Assembly: GCA_964291295.2 (NCBI GenBank)
Contig: OZ219754.1
Span: 1,024,001 to 1,088,000, forward strand
DNA length: 64,000 nucleotides
Source: an uncultured Candidatus Binatia bacterium
GTDB lineage: Bacteria; Desulfobacterota; Binatia; UBA9968; JAJDTQ01
Reading direction: 5' to 3'
The notes under the pieces were generated by a model that was not told the DNA's origin, did not search any database, and saw only the letters and a program-made list of their open reading frames with translations. This document shows positions 17,847-27,908 of the stretch, one piece after another. A program made the position numbers and the translations under genes. The stretch's first letter is position 1. Each line of letters begins with the position of its first letter.

Positions 17847-19115
17847 TCAGGACGGCGACGTCCATGCGCTTGGCAGGATGAGTCCGAAGCCGTCGCGCCG
17901 GTCCTGTTCAAGGTCGCTGATGCTGGCCAGCCAGAGCGCATCAAGCAGGCCGGGATCGTTTGGATCGATTTCGTCCAGGATGCGAAACCAGTACGTGGTG
18001 CCGGCCCCGGCAAGCTTGCGGGTGGCGCGAGGGCGGCGCCTTGCAAGGTCCCAGCCCGAATGCGGCTGCCAGCGGTCTACCGCGGCCGCCCGCAGTTGCA
18101 GCCGCAGCCGGGGCGCGGCGGGCGGGCTTCCGGTCAGAGTCTCGCTGTCGAGCCAGTCCGGGCGGTATCCGGCCGAAAAGATCCCCGGCGTCAGCAGCGT
18201 CAGACAGAGACCGCCGGCGGTGGCGATCTCCTTCAGCCAGCCCGGAGGCGGTGCGGGCCAGAGCCGTTCGGCCTCCGGCTGCAATGCGGCCAGACGGCGC
18301 TTGCCGCCGAGGTGCACCAGCGTTTCGCCCAGTGCCTCGCCGCAGCGTACCAGGAGCCTCAGCCCGCCTGCAGACGGCCCGGCAGCCTGATCCGGCGCAT
18401 CAAGGTCCAGGCCCTCGGTCTGGAACAGCCCTCCCGTGTGCGCGGCATCCTTGTCCGGTTTGACGGTGACGTGAGTCCGACGATCACCCGGCGGCGGCAC
18501 CCAGCCGTGTTGGTACGGCATCTCTTCTCCCCGGCGGAATGCCAGAAGGTCGCACCATTCCCACCAGGTCGGGCCGGGCACGGGCTTGCTGGCAACGGGT
18601 TCGGTCAATCGCACCGGCAGCAGGCCGCCAGGCAGATCGGCACCGGCTCCGGGGTCGAACGGACGCGGCTCGGTCCGCGTGCAACGCTTCTTGTCGCCAG
18701 CACCGAAGTAGAGAGCGTCGGCGGGCTTCGGTGCCAGCACCTGGTTGGAACGAGTCAGGAGCAACGGCCCCGCCACCGTCAGTTCCGCGAGTTCCGGTCC
18801 GAAGGGCCTGCCCGTTGATCGCGCCCAGGCGGTCCGCAAACATCCGGCCGTGGTCGACGGAGGCGGGAAGCGCGCCGGGTCGGCATCGAAACGGCCCTCC
18901 ATGGGGCGAGCGGAGCGCACGATGATGGGCGCAAGCGGATCCAGGCTCACGACCGTGCTGGAGACGCATGGTTCATCGGGACGGACGGGTGCCGCGCCGC
19001 GCTCCTCGGCCTGTGGTGTCTGGCTGGCGTTCGCTTGTTGCGGCGCGCGCCCTGCCTGGGCCTGCTCGCGGTGTTTCGATCGCGAACGCTTTCTCTTTCT
19101 TCCCCGGGGGCTCAT
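17847..19115 (-). CDS. cmr3: type III-B Cmr3 with basic N-terminal extension
   Basis: FPPPSTTAG, LGGKRRLA, LLTPGIF, SGWDLA, AGTTYWF, DGFG; ATGA overlap with cmr2. Confidence 0.88.
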   Translation of the reverse strand: MSPRGRKRKRSRSKHREQAQAGRAPQQANASQTPQAEERGAAPVRPDEPCVSSTVVSLDPLAPIIVRSARPMEGRFDADPARFPPPSTTAGCLRTAWARSTGRPFGPELAELTVAGPLLLTRSNQVLAPKPADALYFGAGDKKRCTRTEPRPFDPGAGADLPGGLLPVRLTEPVASKPVPGPTWWEWCDLLAFRRGEEMPYQHGWVPPPGDRRTHVTVKPDKDAAHTGGLFQTEGLDLDAPDQAAGPSAGGLRLLVRCGEALGETLVHLGGKRRLAALQPEAERLWPAPPPGWLKEIATAGGLCLTLLTPGIFSAGYRPDWLDSETLTGSPPAAPRLRLQLRAAAVDRWQPHSGWDLARRRPRATRKLAGAGTTYWFRILDEIDPNDPGLLDALWLASISDLEQDRRDGFGLILPSAWTSPS

Positions 19116-20953
19116 GTACGTTCTCCCGTCTCCCCGGCCGAGCGCGCCGAAAGCCAGCGCGCGATGATCAACGTATCCGCCAGTTCGTTCAGCGGCTGAA
19201 CCGCGGTCCGTTTCTGGATGAGGCACCGCAGATCGGCGGGAATGCGCTTGCTGCCGCCCTCGCCGCGCGCCCGGTCGAGCAGGCGGTCCACCTCCGCGGC
19301 CCGCATGCCCCGGACAGTTTCGTCTTCGCGCAGCTCGGCAAGGCGCAGGCCAATGGCGCGCAGGTCATAGGCAACGCGGGACGGCAGCAGGCCGTCTCGA
19401 AAGGCGTCGGTCAGCCGGTTGAGTGCCTCGAACGCCGCGTCATCAATCCACTGTGCTCGCCACTGGATCTCCGCCCCGGACCGGATGCCGAGCACTATGG
19501 CGAGTGCATTGCGCGGAGTGCACGTGGAGTCTCCCTTCGCCGCATTCTCGGCCCGTTCGGCGCGTGCCCGGAGCGCCCCCAAGGGCTCCATTACATGACC
19601 GATGCCGAGGCCCACCGACAGGCTGGGCCGCTCGTCGCGTCCAATTTCCAGATCGGCGGCGATTCCCGCGAGGGAATCCGCGAACACATCCGCCAAGGTG
19701 CGGGAGCAGGCTGTGGCATGGGCGAGCGGGACCAGTGCCAGGACATCGTCGCCGCCCGCATAGACCGCGTGGCCACGATACTCGCGTACGATCCCGCGCA
19801 CCTTGGATGCGAAACCATGCAGCGCGCGGGAGATCTTCCGGGACTGCTCTGCGTTCCGGGCCTTCGCCAGAAAGGCACCCATGCGGTCGCCGTCAGCCTT
19901 CAGGACGGCGGCGTAGGGGACAGGGGCACCCGCCGGAAGTCCGTCCGTGGTCGCCTCGCGGGAGATTCGATTGATGCACTGTTGCAGCTTTTGAAGTGCC
20001 TCACGTTCCTTTTCGTCCGGTTCGCAGGCCAATGCGTTGCTCAGGCGGAACGCGTAGAGCATCTGTGCATCGAAAGGGAGCGTCCGATAGATCCCGTCGT
20101 TGCCTTCGACTCGCGTCGCAAGGTCCAGGCCGACCAGCGCTTCGCAGGCGCTGTGCAAGCGCTGTTGCTGATCGGCTGTGAGCCGCTCGATCCAGGAGTC
20201 TGCGGCAATGCGCGGCCATGCGGTGAACTGCTCCGGATCACCAGCCAGGCGTTTGATGACGCCAAGCGCATCAAGTTGCTCGCCGTCCGTCAGTCCGAGC
20301 TTGCGCTGCGCGCGGTCACCGGCCGGCCAGTCCCGCCGGTCCGGCAAGACGGTCTCGAATGCTCCGTCGAGAGACGATTTCGGCAGGCCGGAGGTCGATA
20401 GCGGCTTGCACGCCCGGAAGTCGCGGGTCGCCTTGCGCGCGGCCAGCACATCGCCGAGTTGTTGGCTGACTTGTGCATATCCGTCCGCATCCGACCCGGA
20501 GTCGCACTGCACCCAGGCCGCGAAGCCTTCGAGGATGTCGTCGATCTGAGCCTGCCAGACGTCGCTCCGCAACGGCCTTCCCATCCGTTCGAGTTCGCCT
20601 CTTGCGGATTCCCCGATCTCCGTCAAGCGCTTCGCGGCCGCGGACTTCGCTTCGTCGCAGAGCTTGCGGGCGGCCGCGGCATCCGGCAAGTCGACCTCCG
20701 CGCGCAGGATATTGGCGATGTTGGCGGCGTCTCCCGGATGGTTCTGTGGTTTCAGGTCTTCCGCCGGATCTTTTGGGCACGGAAAGACGAGACAGCCGGG
20801 CTGCTGTTCATGCATCCATCGGGCGGCGGCCCGCGCCGCTTCCGACAGGAGCCAGGAGCCGCCCCAGAGGTCGCGGGTGCGGCGCGCGGCACCGATGAGG
20901 CTTTGCACCGGCCCCAGAGACAGGGTGACGAGGAACCGCGCCATCGGTGTCAT
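19112..20953 (-). CDS. cas10: Cas10/Cmr2 (HD-less, GGDD palm intact)
   Basis: LSLGPVQSLIGAARRTRDLWGGSWLLS, YAAVLKADGDRMG, VYAGGDDVLAL; 613 aa with no N-terminal HD domain. Confidence 0.95.
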   Translation of the reverse strand: MTPMARFLVTLSLGPVQSLIGAARRTRDLWGGSWLLSEAARAAARWMHEQQPGCLVFPCPKDPAEDLKPQNHPGDAANIANILRAEVDLPDAAAARKLCDEAKSAAAKRLTEIGESARGELERMGRPLRSDVWQAQIDDILEGFAAWVQCDSGSDADGYAQVSQQLGDVLAARKATRDFRACKPLSTSGLPKSSLDGAFETVLPDRRDWPAGDRAQRKLGLTDGEQLDALGVIKRLAGDPEQFTAWPRIAADSWIERLTADQQQRLHSACEALVGLDLATRVEGNDGIYRTLPFDAQMLYAFRLSNALACEPDEKEREALQKLQQCINRISREATTDGLPAGAPVPYAAVLKADGDRMGAFLAKARNAEQSRKISRALHGFASKVRGIVREYRGHAVYAGGDDVLALVPLAHATACSRTLADVFADSLAGIAADLEIGRDERPSLSVGLGIGHVMEPLGALRARAERAENAAKGDSTCTPRNALAIVLGIRSGAEIQWRAQWIDDAAFEALNRLTDAFRDGLLPSRVAYDLRAIGLRLAELREDETVRGMRAAEVDRLLDRARGEGGSKRIPADLRCLIQKRTAVQPLNELADTLIIARWLSARSAGETGERT

Positions 20954-22146
20954 CCGTGCTCGAAGTAGTGCATGAATGCGGACAGTGGATCGACGCCGTG
21001 ACTCTGCATCGGTTTGATCTTTTGCGCCAATTCCTTTCGCTGAGCACTATCCGATGGCCATGCAGACCCCACCGATCCGGCCGCGCCCGATCCAAAACCG
21101 ACGCGGACACTCAAGCGGTCCTCCCAGCCGGGCAGCAGCAGCGCGAGGGGATGATACTGTTCGCCGTCGAACCACGGCCGCAGGATCAGCGGGCTCGCCA
21201 TGCGGTCATGCCCGTCGGGAGCGAGCTCGCAGTCGTGTGGATCCCCGCGCCCACGATCCTTGAAGTGAAAGACGACCGGCAGTCCGAACGCGGCGCGGGG
21301 GTAAAAGCCCTCCACCGGGTGTTGCGGTTCATGCCCTTGGGCGTTATGACGGGTTCGGCGTCGGATGGCATCCGGCTCCGGCCAGCGGCTGCGGCCGGGG
21401 CGATTCCCCGCGCCAGGATTCCGCCCGATCCCCGGACCCTGCCGGAATCGTTTCAGCCTGTCGACGGCTTTGTTCCATGCCTTGACCGCGTCTTTGCCGG
21501 GCTGACGGTGAAGAACCATCCAGCCGCCCTGCTCCTGGACTTCCTCAAGGGATACGGGCTTCAGTTTGGCCTCGTTACCGGCCACCCTGATGGCGCCCAG
21601 TCCGCGCCGGGTTCGCGCACCTACGCCGCCGAAGCTCGCCCACCAGCGAAGAGCATTGACGACCTGAGCGTGTTGCTGCTCCGTCACCGTCCGGGCGAAG
21701 TGCAGCACCAGATCGAATTTGTAACCATCCTTCAGAAGATCGGGATTGTCATTCTGTTCAAGAATCAGCGCATAGTCGGCAATCTCGGACTTTTTGACAA
21801 AGCGTTGGCCGTCGGCGGGAGTGGCCTTGACCTCCAACGTTACTCGACTGGCCCGCGGCCCCTGGCTCGATATGCCGCCCCACAGTTCCAACTCTTTGTT
21901 GAAGAGTTCCCGAGAGGTCCGCCCCGCTCCGTTGAGCAGACGCCACCAGAAACGCAAATGGCCACGAAGAGCACCGGGCCGGATGGGGAGTTCGCGGTCA
22001 ATCTCGCCGGGCTTGACACCGCCTCCATACATGGGAGTGATCAGTTCGCACCGGGCAGTCACCGGATCGGGTCCGGCCGGAGGCCGCTTCGCCTCCCAGG
22101 CTTTCCGGGCCGCATCGGGGCAGAGTGTCGGATTCGGTCGTCTCAT
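20950..22146 (-). CDS. cmr1: type III-B RAMP Cmr1
   Basis: LITPMYGGG, LRGHLRFWWR, FGGVGARTRRGLG, PRAAFGLP, RMASPLIL. Confidence 0.93.
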   Translation of the reverse strand: MRRPNPTLCPDAARKAWEAKRPPAGPDPVTARCELITPMYGGGVKPGEIDRELPIRPGALRGHLRFWWRLLNGAGRTSRELFNKELELWGGISSQGPRASRVTLEVKATPADGQRFVKKSEIADYALILEQNDNPDLLKDGYKFDLVLHFARTVTEQQHAQVVNALRWWASFGGVGARTRRGLGAIRVAGNEAKLKPVSLEEVQEQGGWMVLHRQPGKDAVKAWNKAVDRLKRFRQGPGIGRNPGAGNRPGRSRWPEPDAIRRRTRHNAQGHEPQHPVEGFYPRAAFGLPVVFHFKDRGRGDPHDCELAPDGHDRMASPLILRPWFDGEQYHPLALLLPGWEDRLSVRVGFGSGAAGSVGSAWPSDSAQRKELAQKIKPMQSHGVDPLSAFMHYFEHG

Positions 22147-22441
22147 GCAGGAGATGCTCCGAGACCCCGGCGTCACCACTGCCGAAGCCGAGCATCTGGC
22201 AGCGGAACGCCAAGAGGCGTCAATAATGCCATGGGAACCCTATGCCGGACAAGGCGAAATTCGCTTTTGATCAGAAACATGTCTGCGCGAGGGTGCCTGC
22301 GCGAGGGGAGATGTCGGAAGTGCCGTAGCCGGATAGTCGATGCCTCGCACGGTTGACCCTGAGCATGGTATGGCTTCGCCGCCATCGCGGATGCGTTGGG
22401 CGGCGCGCGGGCTGCCGGGGGGCCGGAGTCTGCTGGGATGT

Positions 22442-23500
22442 TCAGGGGCGCTGTTTGGCCGCGGCGCGGGCGAGGTTTTCGAACAGGGGAAGGGTGGCTT
22501 GCCAGTCGATGCAGGCGTCGGTGACGCTCTGGCCATAGGTGAGCGGGATGTCGGGCTTGATGTCCTGGCGGCCTGCCACGAGGTGGCTTTCCATCATGAC
22601 GCCGCAGATGTTGTCGGATCCGGAGCCGACCTGTGTGCAGATGTCGGCGCAGACCTCGGGTTGACGCCGGTAGTCCTTCTGGCTGTTGCCGTGGCTGCAG
22701 TCCACGAGCACGCGGTGCGGCAAATCGGCGCCGCGCAGGGTCCGGGAGGCCTGGTCGATCACGGCGCGGTCGTAGTTGGGGCCGAGGTTGGAGCCGCGCA
22801 GGATGACATGGCAACTCGCGTTACCGGAGGTGGAGATCACCGCGGCGATTCCCTGATGGGTGACCCCCAGGAAATGATGCGGGTGCGCGGCGGCACGCAC
22901 GCCGTCGATGGCGACCTGGATGGAGCCGCCGGTGCTGTTCTTGAAGCCGACGGGCATGGACAGCCCGGACGCCAGTTCCCGGTGCACCTGGCTTTCGGCC
23001 GTGCGCGCCCCGATGGCGCCCCATGAAACCAGGTCGGCGGTGAATTGCGGGGTGATGGTATCAAGGAACTCGCACCCCGCGGGCATGCCCATGTTCGCCA
23101 AGTCCAGCAGCAATCCCCGGGCGAGCCGAAGTCCCTTGTTGATGTTGAACTTTCCGTCGAGGTCCGGGTCGTTGATGAGGCCTTTCCATCCCACCGTCGT
23201 GCGCGGTTTCTCGAAGTAGACGCGCATGATGACGAGCAGATCGTCCGCCAGGCGTTCGGCTTCGTGCTTCAGGCGGCCGGCATACTCCAGGGCCGCGTCC
23301 GAGTCATGGATGGAACATGGGCCGGAGACCACCAGAAGCCGATGGTCGCGGCCGTCAAGGATCGCTTCGATCTCCTTGCGAGCCCGGGTGACCGTGGCCG
23401 TTGCCTGCGCCGTGATCGGCAACTCCTCGTTTACCAGGATCACCGGCGGCAACAGCGGGCGCAGGTTTTCGATTCTCAGGTCGTCGGTGGTCTGGTTCAT
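22442..23500 (-). CDS. aroG: 3-deoxy-7-phosphoheptulonate (DAHP) synthase, class I alpha
   Basis: GPCSIHD, RVYFEKPRTTVGWKG, IGART, VGFKN, VDCSHGNS, SVTDAC. Confidence 0.92.
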   Translation of the reverse strand: MNQTTDDLRIENLRPLLPPVILVNEELPITAQATATVTRARKEIEAILDGRDHRLLVVSGPCSIHDSDAALEYAGRLKHEAERLADDLLVIMRVYFEKPRTTVGWKGLINDPDLDGKFNINKGLRLARGLLLDLANMGMPAGCEFLDTITPQFTADLVSWGAIGARTAESQVHRELASGLSMPVGFKNSTGGSIQVAIDGVRAAAHPHHFLGVTHQGIAAVISTSGNASCHVILRGSNLGPNYDRAVIDQASRTLRGADLPHRVLVDCSHGNSQKDYRRQPEVCADICTQVGSGSDNICGVMMESHLVAGRQDIKPDIPLTYGQSVTDACIDWQATLPLFENLARAAAKQRP

Positions 23501-23533
23501 GGCATCCCTATCCAAGTCGGTTATTTAACACAG

Positions 23534-23542
23534 TTTTCCACA
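23534..23542 (+). promoter_or_regulatory. single DnaA-box match in the aroG-mnmE divergent intergenic region
   Basis: TTTTCCACA fits TTWTNCACA; TATAAT at 23614-23619 nearby. Confidence 0.3.
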
Positions 23543-23706
23543 GGAGGCGAGTACGCGGCGGCGAGACCTTTCGGAGTGGGGCCGGTCCGGACGCAAGGCG
23601 ATGTCGGATAGGTTATAATGGCCGTCCAAGACTCCTGCGGTCGAACGCGGTCGGGTCGGATGCGTGCGAATCGGAATGCGTGCGAATCGTAGTTTCGGAA
23701 AGTCTC

Positions 23707-25074
23707 ATGTACCAGGCGGACACGATAGCGGCGGTGGCGACGCCTCCAGGGGAGGGGGGCGTGGCGGTGGTGCGGTTGAGCGGGCCGGACGCCCGGCGTA
23801 TCGGCGGAGAGATCCTCACCCGCAAGGACGCCGAGTGGGAATCGCACCGGTTGTACTACGGCAGGGTGTGCGATCCGGACGGCGGGGCGGTGTTGGATGA
23901 GGTGATGTTCGCGTACCTGCGAGAGCCCCGGAGCTATACGGGCGAGGACACGGTGGAGATCCATTGCCACGGCGGCCCCTTCGTGGTCCGGCAGGTGCTG
24001 GGTCTCACCTTGGCGCGCGGCGCGCGGCACGCGGAGCCAGGCGAATTTACCAGGAGAGCATTCTTGAACGGACGGTTGGATTTGGCGCAGGCGGAAGCTG
24101 TGCTGGATCTGATTCGGTCGCGCACCGACAAGGCGGCGGGCGTGGCGCTGGGACAGATGGAGGGCGGCCTGTCCCAGGCCGTGCAGGTGCTGCGGGAACA
24201 ACTGGTGGACACTTTCGTGCAGGTGGAAGCCGCGATAGACTTCCCCGAGGAGGAGATCGAGCTGCTCCGGCGTGACGATCTGTCCCGGGGAATCGTCGGC
24301 ATAATCGATAGTATATCAACGATTCTGGATAGTTATGCTTGGGCCCGGTTGATTCGGGAGGGTGTCCGGGTGTGCATTGTCGGGCGGCCGAACGTCGGCA
24401 AGTCGAGCCTCATGAATGCGTTGTCGGGCGTGGATCGAGCCATTGTCACGGCGACGCCCGGGACCACGCGGGATTTTCTGGAGGAGTCCTTGAATCTTGA
24501 CGGGCTGCCCGTGGTTCTGTGGGACACCGCCGGCATCAGGGAGACGACCGAAGGCGTGGAGCAGTCCGGCATTGATGTGACGCTCAGGAGGCTCGCGGAT
24601 AGCGAGGGCTGCATGTTGGTCCTGGATGGATCGTCGCCGCTCGTTGCGGAAGACCTGGAAGTGATGGAGAAGGCGCGGGACAAGCCCGGTCTCGTGGTCA
24701 TCAACAAGTCGGACCTGCGGTCGAGGATCGATCGGGCGGCCGTTTCGAATCGTCTGCCCGGCTTGCGGCAGGTTGAGGTCTCCGCATTGATCCCCCAAGG
24801 TATCGACGTGTTGAAGGTTGCCCTCCGCCAGTGTTTTCTGGATTCCGTGGAGGAACCGGAGGTGGTGGTGACCAACATTCGCCACAAGGCCGCTCTGGAG
24901 CGGGCGCGGGCAAGCCTGATGGAGGTTCATCATGCCATCAATGACGGGATGCCTGCCGACATTCTGGCGGTGGATCTGCAGGACGCCCGGCACAGCTTGG
25001 AGGAGATCATCGGCACGGTGACCAACGACGAGATTCTCAAGCGTATCTTTTCCCAGTTCTGCATCGGAAAGTAG
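23707..25074 (+). CDS. mnmE: tRNA modification GTPase MnmE
   Basis: DTIAAVATP, PRSYTGED, GRPNVGKSS, GTTRD, DTAG, NKSD, C-terminal FCIGK. Confidence 0.96.
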   Translation: MYQADTIAAVATPPGEGGVAVVRLSGPDARRIGGEILTRKDAEWESHRLYYGRVCDPDGGAVLDEVMFAYLREPRSYTGEDTVEIHCHGGPFVVRQVLGLTLARGARHAEPGEFTRRAFLNGRLDLAQAEAVLDLIRSRTDKAAGVALGQMEGGLSQAVQVLREQLVDTFVQVEAAIDFPEEEIELLRRDDLSRGIVGIIDSISTILDSYAWARLIREGVRVCIVGRPNVGKSSLMNALSGVDRAIVTATPGTTRDFLEESLNLDGLPVVLWDTAGIRETTEGVEQSGIDVTLRRLADSEGCMLVLDGSSPLVAEDLEVMEKARDKPGLVVINKSDLRSRIDRAAVSNRLPGLRQVEVSALIPQGIDVLKVALRQCFLDSVEEPEVVVTNIRHKAALERARASLMEVHHAINDGMPADILAVDLQDARHSLEEIIGTVTNDEILKRIFSQFCIGK

Positions 25075-25169
25075 TGAATTCGTTGATAATGCGTTGCGGC
25101 CGCATGCAAATGGCCACATGAGGTCCGTTCGGCAAGCTGGCACAGTGCCGCCCGGCACGTCGGTGAAGG

Positions 25170-27068
25170 ATGTTTCACGTGAAACAGTCAGTTAAAGGAA
25201 AAGGCGGGAGCTACGATGTCATCGTCGTCGGGGCTGGTCATGCAGGCATCGAGGCGTCCTTGGCGGCAGCCCGCATGGGTCTCGACACCTTGATGTTGAC
25301 CCTGAATCTCGACCATATCGGCCAGATGTCCTGCAATCCGGCCATTGGCGGCATCGGCAAGGGGCATCTGGTCAAGGAGATCGACGCCCTCGGCGGCGAG
25401 ATGGCCCGGGCCATTGATGAGACCGGGATACAGTTTCGCATGCTGAATACCAAGAAGGGGCCGGCCGTCCGGGCTTCGAGGGCCCAAGCTGACAAGGCTC
25501 TCTACCGCCAACGAATGAAGCGCGTGCTGGAGAACTGCGAGAATCTGACTCTGAGGCAGGCCAGCGTCGAGTCTCTCTTGTGCCGTGACGGGCGGGTCAC
25601 GGGGGTCGATTCCCAGATCGGGGAAGTATTCGAGGCAAGAAAGACCATATTGACTACCGGGACGTTTCTGCAGGGTGTCATTCACGTGGGCGAACGCAAC
25701 TATTCCGCAGGCCGGGCCGGGGATTTCGCGGCGCAGGGGCTGAGCGGGTCGCTAATCGCACTGGGCCTGGAACTGGGCCGGTTGAAGACCGGGACGTGTC
25801 CGCGGCTGAACGCCCACACCCTTGATTATTCGAGACTTTCCGTTCAGTACGGCGATGAGAAGCCGATTCCGTTCTCCTTCGCGACGAATCAGATCGAGCA
25901 GCGGCAGATTCCCTGCCACATCACCTACACGAACCCAAGGACCCACGAGATCATCCGCGCGGCCCTTCACCGCTCGCCCATGTACTCCGGGGTCATCAAG
26001 AGCCAGGGGCCACGCTACTGCCCCTCCATTGAGGACAAGGTGGTGCGGTTCGCCGACAAGCAGCGGCACCAGATCTTTCTCGAGCCGGAGGGCCGCGACA
26101 CGGTCGAGGTCTATCCCAACGGTATCTCCACGAGTCTTCCGCTGGACGTTCAGGCCGAAATGGTCCGCAGCATTGAGGGCCTGGAGGAGGCCGAGATCAT
26201 GAGGCCCGGCTATGCCATCGAGTATGACTACGTCGAACCGACTCAACTGAAGCCGACGCTGGAGACCAAGGCCATGGAAGGTCTCTATCTGGCGGGTCAG
26301 ATCAATGGGACCACGGGATACGAAGAGGCTGCGAGTCAGGGTCTCATGGCGGCCATAAATGCCGTCCTGAGCATCCGCGGCGAAGAACCGCTCGTGCTGT
26401 CACGAGATCAGGCGTACATTGGTGTCCTGATCGACGATCTGGTAACCAAGGGAACGGACGGCGAGCCCTACCGGATGTTTACGTCCCGGGCCGAGTACCG
26501 CCTGCTGCTCCGGGAGGACAACGCGGATCTCCGCCTTGCGGACCTGGGCCACCGGATCGGGCTGGCCACGCCGGAGGCGCACGCGCGAACCTCGGGAAAA
26601 CGGGAACGGATCAACGAACTCACCGAAAGACTCGAGACCACACGCATCAAACCGTCACAATCGGTGCAGGCCCGACTCGATGCCTTGAAGACCGCACCCA
26701 TCCGCAACATCTCATCGTTGGCGCAACTGCTTCGCCGGCCCGAGGTAACGTTCGGGGACTTGGCGGTTTTCCGTCCTGATCTGGCGGAGGTGCCGCAGGA
26801 TGTGGCGTTGCAGGCCGAAGTATCCATCAAGTACAGCGGCTACGTCGATCGCCAGGCCCAGGGAGTCAAGCGCTTCCAGAAAATGGAGAACGTATCGCTC
26901 CCCGAAGATCTGGACTACGGGAGGATCGAGGGACTTTCCCGTGAAACAAGGGAAAAGTTGATCCGTGTACGGCCGTGCTCGCTGGGACAGGCCTCCAGGA
27001 TCTCGGGCGTGACGCCTGCGGCCATCTCGGCGCTTTCCCTCTACATCTACAAGATGAACGCCGGCTGA
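25170..27068 (+). CDS. mnmG: tRNA uridine-5-carboxymethylaminomethyl synthesis enzyme MnmG
   Basis: [46 protein letters not shown]. Confidence 0.96.
   Translation: MFHVKQSVKGKGGSYDVIVVGAGHAGIEASLAAARMGLDTLMLTLNLDHIGQMSCNPAIGGIGKGHLVKEIDALGGEMARAIDETGIQFRMLNTKKGPAVRASRAQADKALYRQRMKRVLENCENLTLRQASVESLLCRDGRVTGVDSQIGEVFEARKTILTTGTFLQGVIHVGERNYSAGRAGDFAAQGLSGSLIALGLELGRLKTGTCPRLNAHTLDYSRLSVQYGDEKPIPFSFATNQIEQRQIPCHITYTNPRTHEIIRAALHRSPMYSGVIKSQGPRYCPSIEDKVVRFADKQRHQIFLEPEGRDTVEVYPNGISTSLPLDVQAEMVRSIEGLEEAEIMRPGYAIEYDYVEPTQLKPTLETKAMEGLYLAGQINGTTGYEEAASQGLMAAINAVLSIRGEEPLVLSRDQAYIGVLIDDLVTKGTDGEPYRMFTSRAEYRLLLREDNADLRLADLGHRIGLATPEAHARTSGKRERINELTERLETTRIKPSQSVQARLDALKTAPIRNISSLAQLLRRPEVTFGDLAVFRPDLAEVPQDVALQAEVSIKYSGYVDRQAQGVKRFQKMENVSLPEDLDYGRIEGLSRETREKLIRVRPCSLGQASRISGVTPAAISALSLYIYKMNAG
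25171..25186. promoter_or_regulatory. parS site (inside the mnmG start)
   Basis: perfect palindrome TGTTTCACGTGAAACA. Confidence 0.92.
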
Positions 27069-27115
27069 GTCATGCGAGCCGCGCCGGTCTCACTTCTCTG
27101 ATCGCGCCATGCCCC

Positions 27116-27802
27116 GTGCCTGACTGCAGCCACGCCAGGAACGAGGAATTGCTGGCCGCCGGCGCCAAGGCTCTCGGGCTTGCACTTTCATCGAATCAGG
27201 TCGAAGCGTTCCGCTACTATCGTGAGCTTCTGGCGTTCTGGAACCGGAAATTGAACCTCACCGCGATCCTCGATCCGGAACTCGTGGTGCGCCGCCATTT
27301 CCTGGATTCGCTTGCCGTGGTGCCACTCCTGAGCGGCAATGGGAGACTGCTGGACGTCGGCAGCGGCGCGGGTCTGCCGGGTATCCCGATAAAGCTTGCG
27401 CTTTCCGACAAGCCCGTGTGCCTGCTGGAGCCGCGCCGCAAGCGCGCGAACTTCCTCAGGCAGGTTGCCCGGGAGTTGAATCTCACCGGTGTCCATGTGA
27501 TCGAGAGTCGGATGGAGGAGCTGTCTGCGGAGCCACTGCCGCCGATGACGGAGACCATCACCCGGGGGCTCACCGATATTCGTGGGTTTCTGAAGGCGAG
27601 CGCAGGGGCGTTGGCGGCTGGCGGCCTCGCCATACTCATGCAGGGACCCAAGGGAAAGGCCGTCCTTGAGAAAATGCGCCCCTCCCTTCCTGGCCTTGGG
27701 CTCGTAGCGGGGGAGTGTCTGAACTTCGAGCTTCCCTTCGGGCTGGAGGCGAGGAGCGTGCTGTCGTTTCAGAAGACCGGACAAGCGCGCCTCCGGGGGT
27801 AG
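27116..27802 (+). CDS. rsmG: 16S rRNA m7G527 methyltransferase RsmG
   Basis: WNRKLNLTA, HFLDSL, LLDVGSGAGLPG; start approximate. Confidence 0.9.
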   Translation: MPDCSHARNEELLAAGAKALGLALSSNQVEAFRYYRELLAFWNRKLNLTAILDPELVVRRHFLDSLAVVPLLSGNGRLLDVGSGAGLPGIPIKLALSDKPVCLLEPRRKRANFLRQVARELNLTGVHVIESRMEELSAEPLPPMTETITRGLTDIRGFLKASAGALAAGGLAILMQGPKGKAVLEKMRPSLPGLGLVAGECLNFELPFGLEARSVLSFQKTGQARLRG

Positions 27803-27813
27803 TCCGGCGCGGG

Positions 27814-27829
27814 TGTTTCACGTGAAACA
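27814..27829. promoter_or_regulatory. parS site upstream of parA
   Basis: perfect palindrome TGTTTCACGTGAAACA. Confidence 0.93.
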
Positions 27830-27908
27830 TGCACTTTCTTTCGCGCATCGGGCATGATAAGAAACAAGGAGTGTGGCAATTCTATAACATATTGAAAATA
27901 AAGGGATA

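Noticed and set aside
22147-22441. Possible CRISPR array or leader upstream of cmr1 (CTGCGCGAGGG x2 at about 22283-22307)
   Set aside because: Only two adjacent 11-bp units with no spacers; not an array.
9840-22441. Island as a self-mobile element (IS, ICE, prophage)
   Set aside because: No integrase, transposase, tRNA att site or matching terminal repeats seen.
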